This document shows positions 63,511 through 64,000 of a stretch of 64,000 nt of DNA, piece after piece (within the stretch, counting starts at the first letter, position 1; each line of letters starts with the position of its first letter). Origin of the DNA: Macrostomum lignano (taxonomy: Eukaryota); the NCBI GenBank assembly GCA_002269645.1, contig NIVC01001239.1, positions 62,001-126,000 of the forward strand, written 5' to 3'. The position numbers and the translations under genes are program-made. The notes beneath the pieces are model-generated. The model made no database searches and had not been told where the DNA came from. It saw nothing but the letters and a program-made list of their open reading frames with translations.

Positions 63511-64000
63511 TCTGAATTATCTTGCGACTTGGGAGCATGGGCTGGGAGAAATTTCCCCGTATTTATATCGACAGCTTCTTCTCCGCCATCAGCTCAAGAG
63601 GCGGAAAAATTGCTAGGCTTCTGGAGCTTTTCAGCACCTGAATGCGATTCCGCTCTCGATGGAAAAGATCGAGGGCTGCTCAAGCAAAAACAATGCATTC
63701 CTCCTGCTCTTATCGCCTGGCATAGAGAAAATGAGCCTAAATGTTTTTTTCTGCAAGATCTCTCAAGCGATGGACAAGTAGTGTAACTGCTATATAGAAA
63801 ATTTGCGTGAATCGACTCAGAATCCAGCTATGGGCTGAGCTGGAGGCCCGAGATGCGGGAAGAACCCACAGCTGCCACAGATGCTGCATTAACGCTTGAA
63901 AGCCAAAAACTGCCAGTAAGCCTCCGAATTCATCAGTATACATGTATGTCTCTAAAATAAGGAGATAAAACTAACTCCCTTTACTTCTAATCCCATTGCT

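Noticed and set aside
63361-63786. 141-aa + strand ORF
   Set aside because: First part is antisense to the WSC gene; remainder has no recognisable features.

Overview
Eukaryotic (intron-rich invertebrate) DNA. The SSR-laden introns suggest a free-living flatworm such as Macrostomum, but that is a guess I cannot verify. About 33 kb of the + strand (7.5-40 kb) is one ankyrin gene that I reconstructed exon by exon from GT/AG sites and reading-phase continuity. Its domain order is about 21 ANK repeats, linker, ZU5-ZU5-UPA, death domain, a series of phase-1 tail exons, and an 11.6-kb GIANT exon (26539-38123, about 3,860 codons) downstream of the death domain. The giant isoform would be at least 5,670 aa. 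The locus shows sequence signs of extensive isoform control: an alternative start exon that drops ANK1, an ATG/poly-Q exon that could drop all ANK repeats, a stop plus AATAAA just before the giant exon, a 167-nt AG-free zone before the giant acceptor, and exons after the giant exon usable only when it is skipped. Inside the giant exon, acidic tandem-repeat blocks are punctuated by seven copies of a TETQVLAVQLR-like motif, and the unique C-terminal part has LIR-like and DSL motifs. Downstream are a convergent 4-exon gene for an unrecognised 298-aa acidic protein with a Cys cluster, several DNA-transposon relics and MITEs (MULE with PHD/FLYWCH, hAT-like, a TTA-flanked TIR element), an LTR-like relic, many mini- and microsatellites, and a frameshifted secreted WSC+PAN/apple gene with a paralogous fragment. 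Most long ORFs in the supplied track are artefacts of simple repeats. No rRNA, tRNA or CRISPR array was seen.
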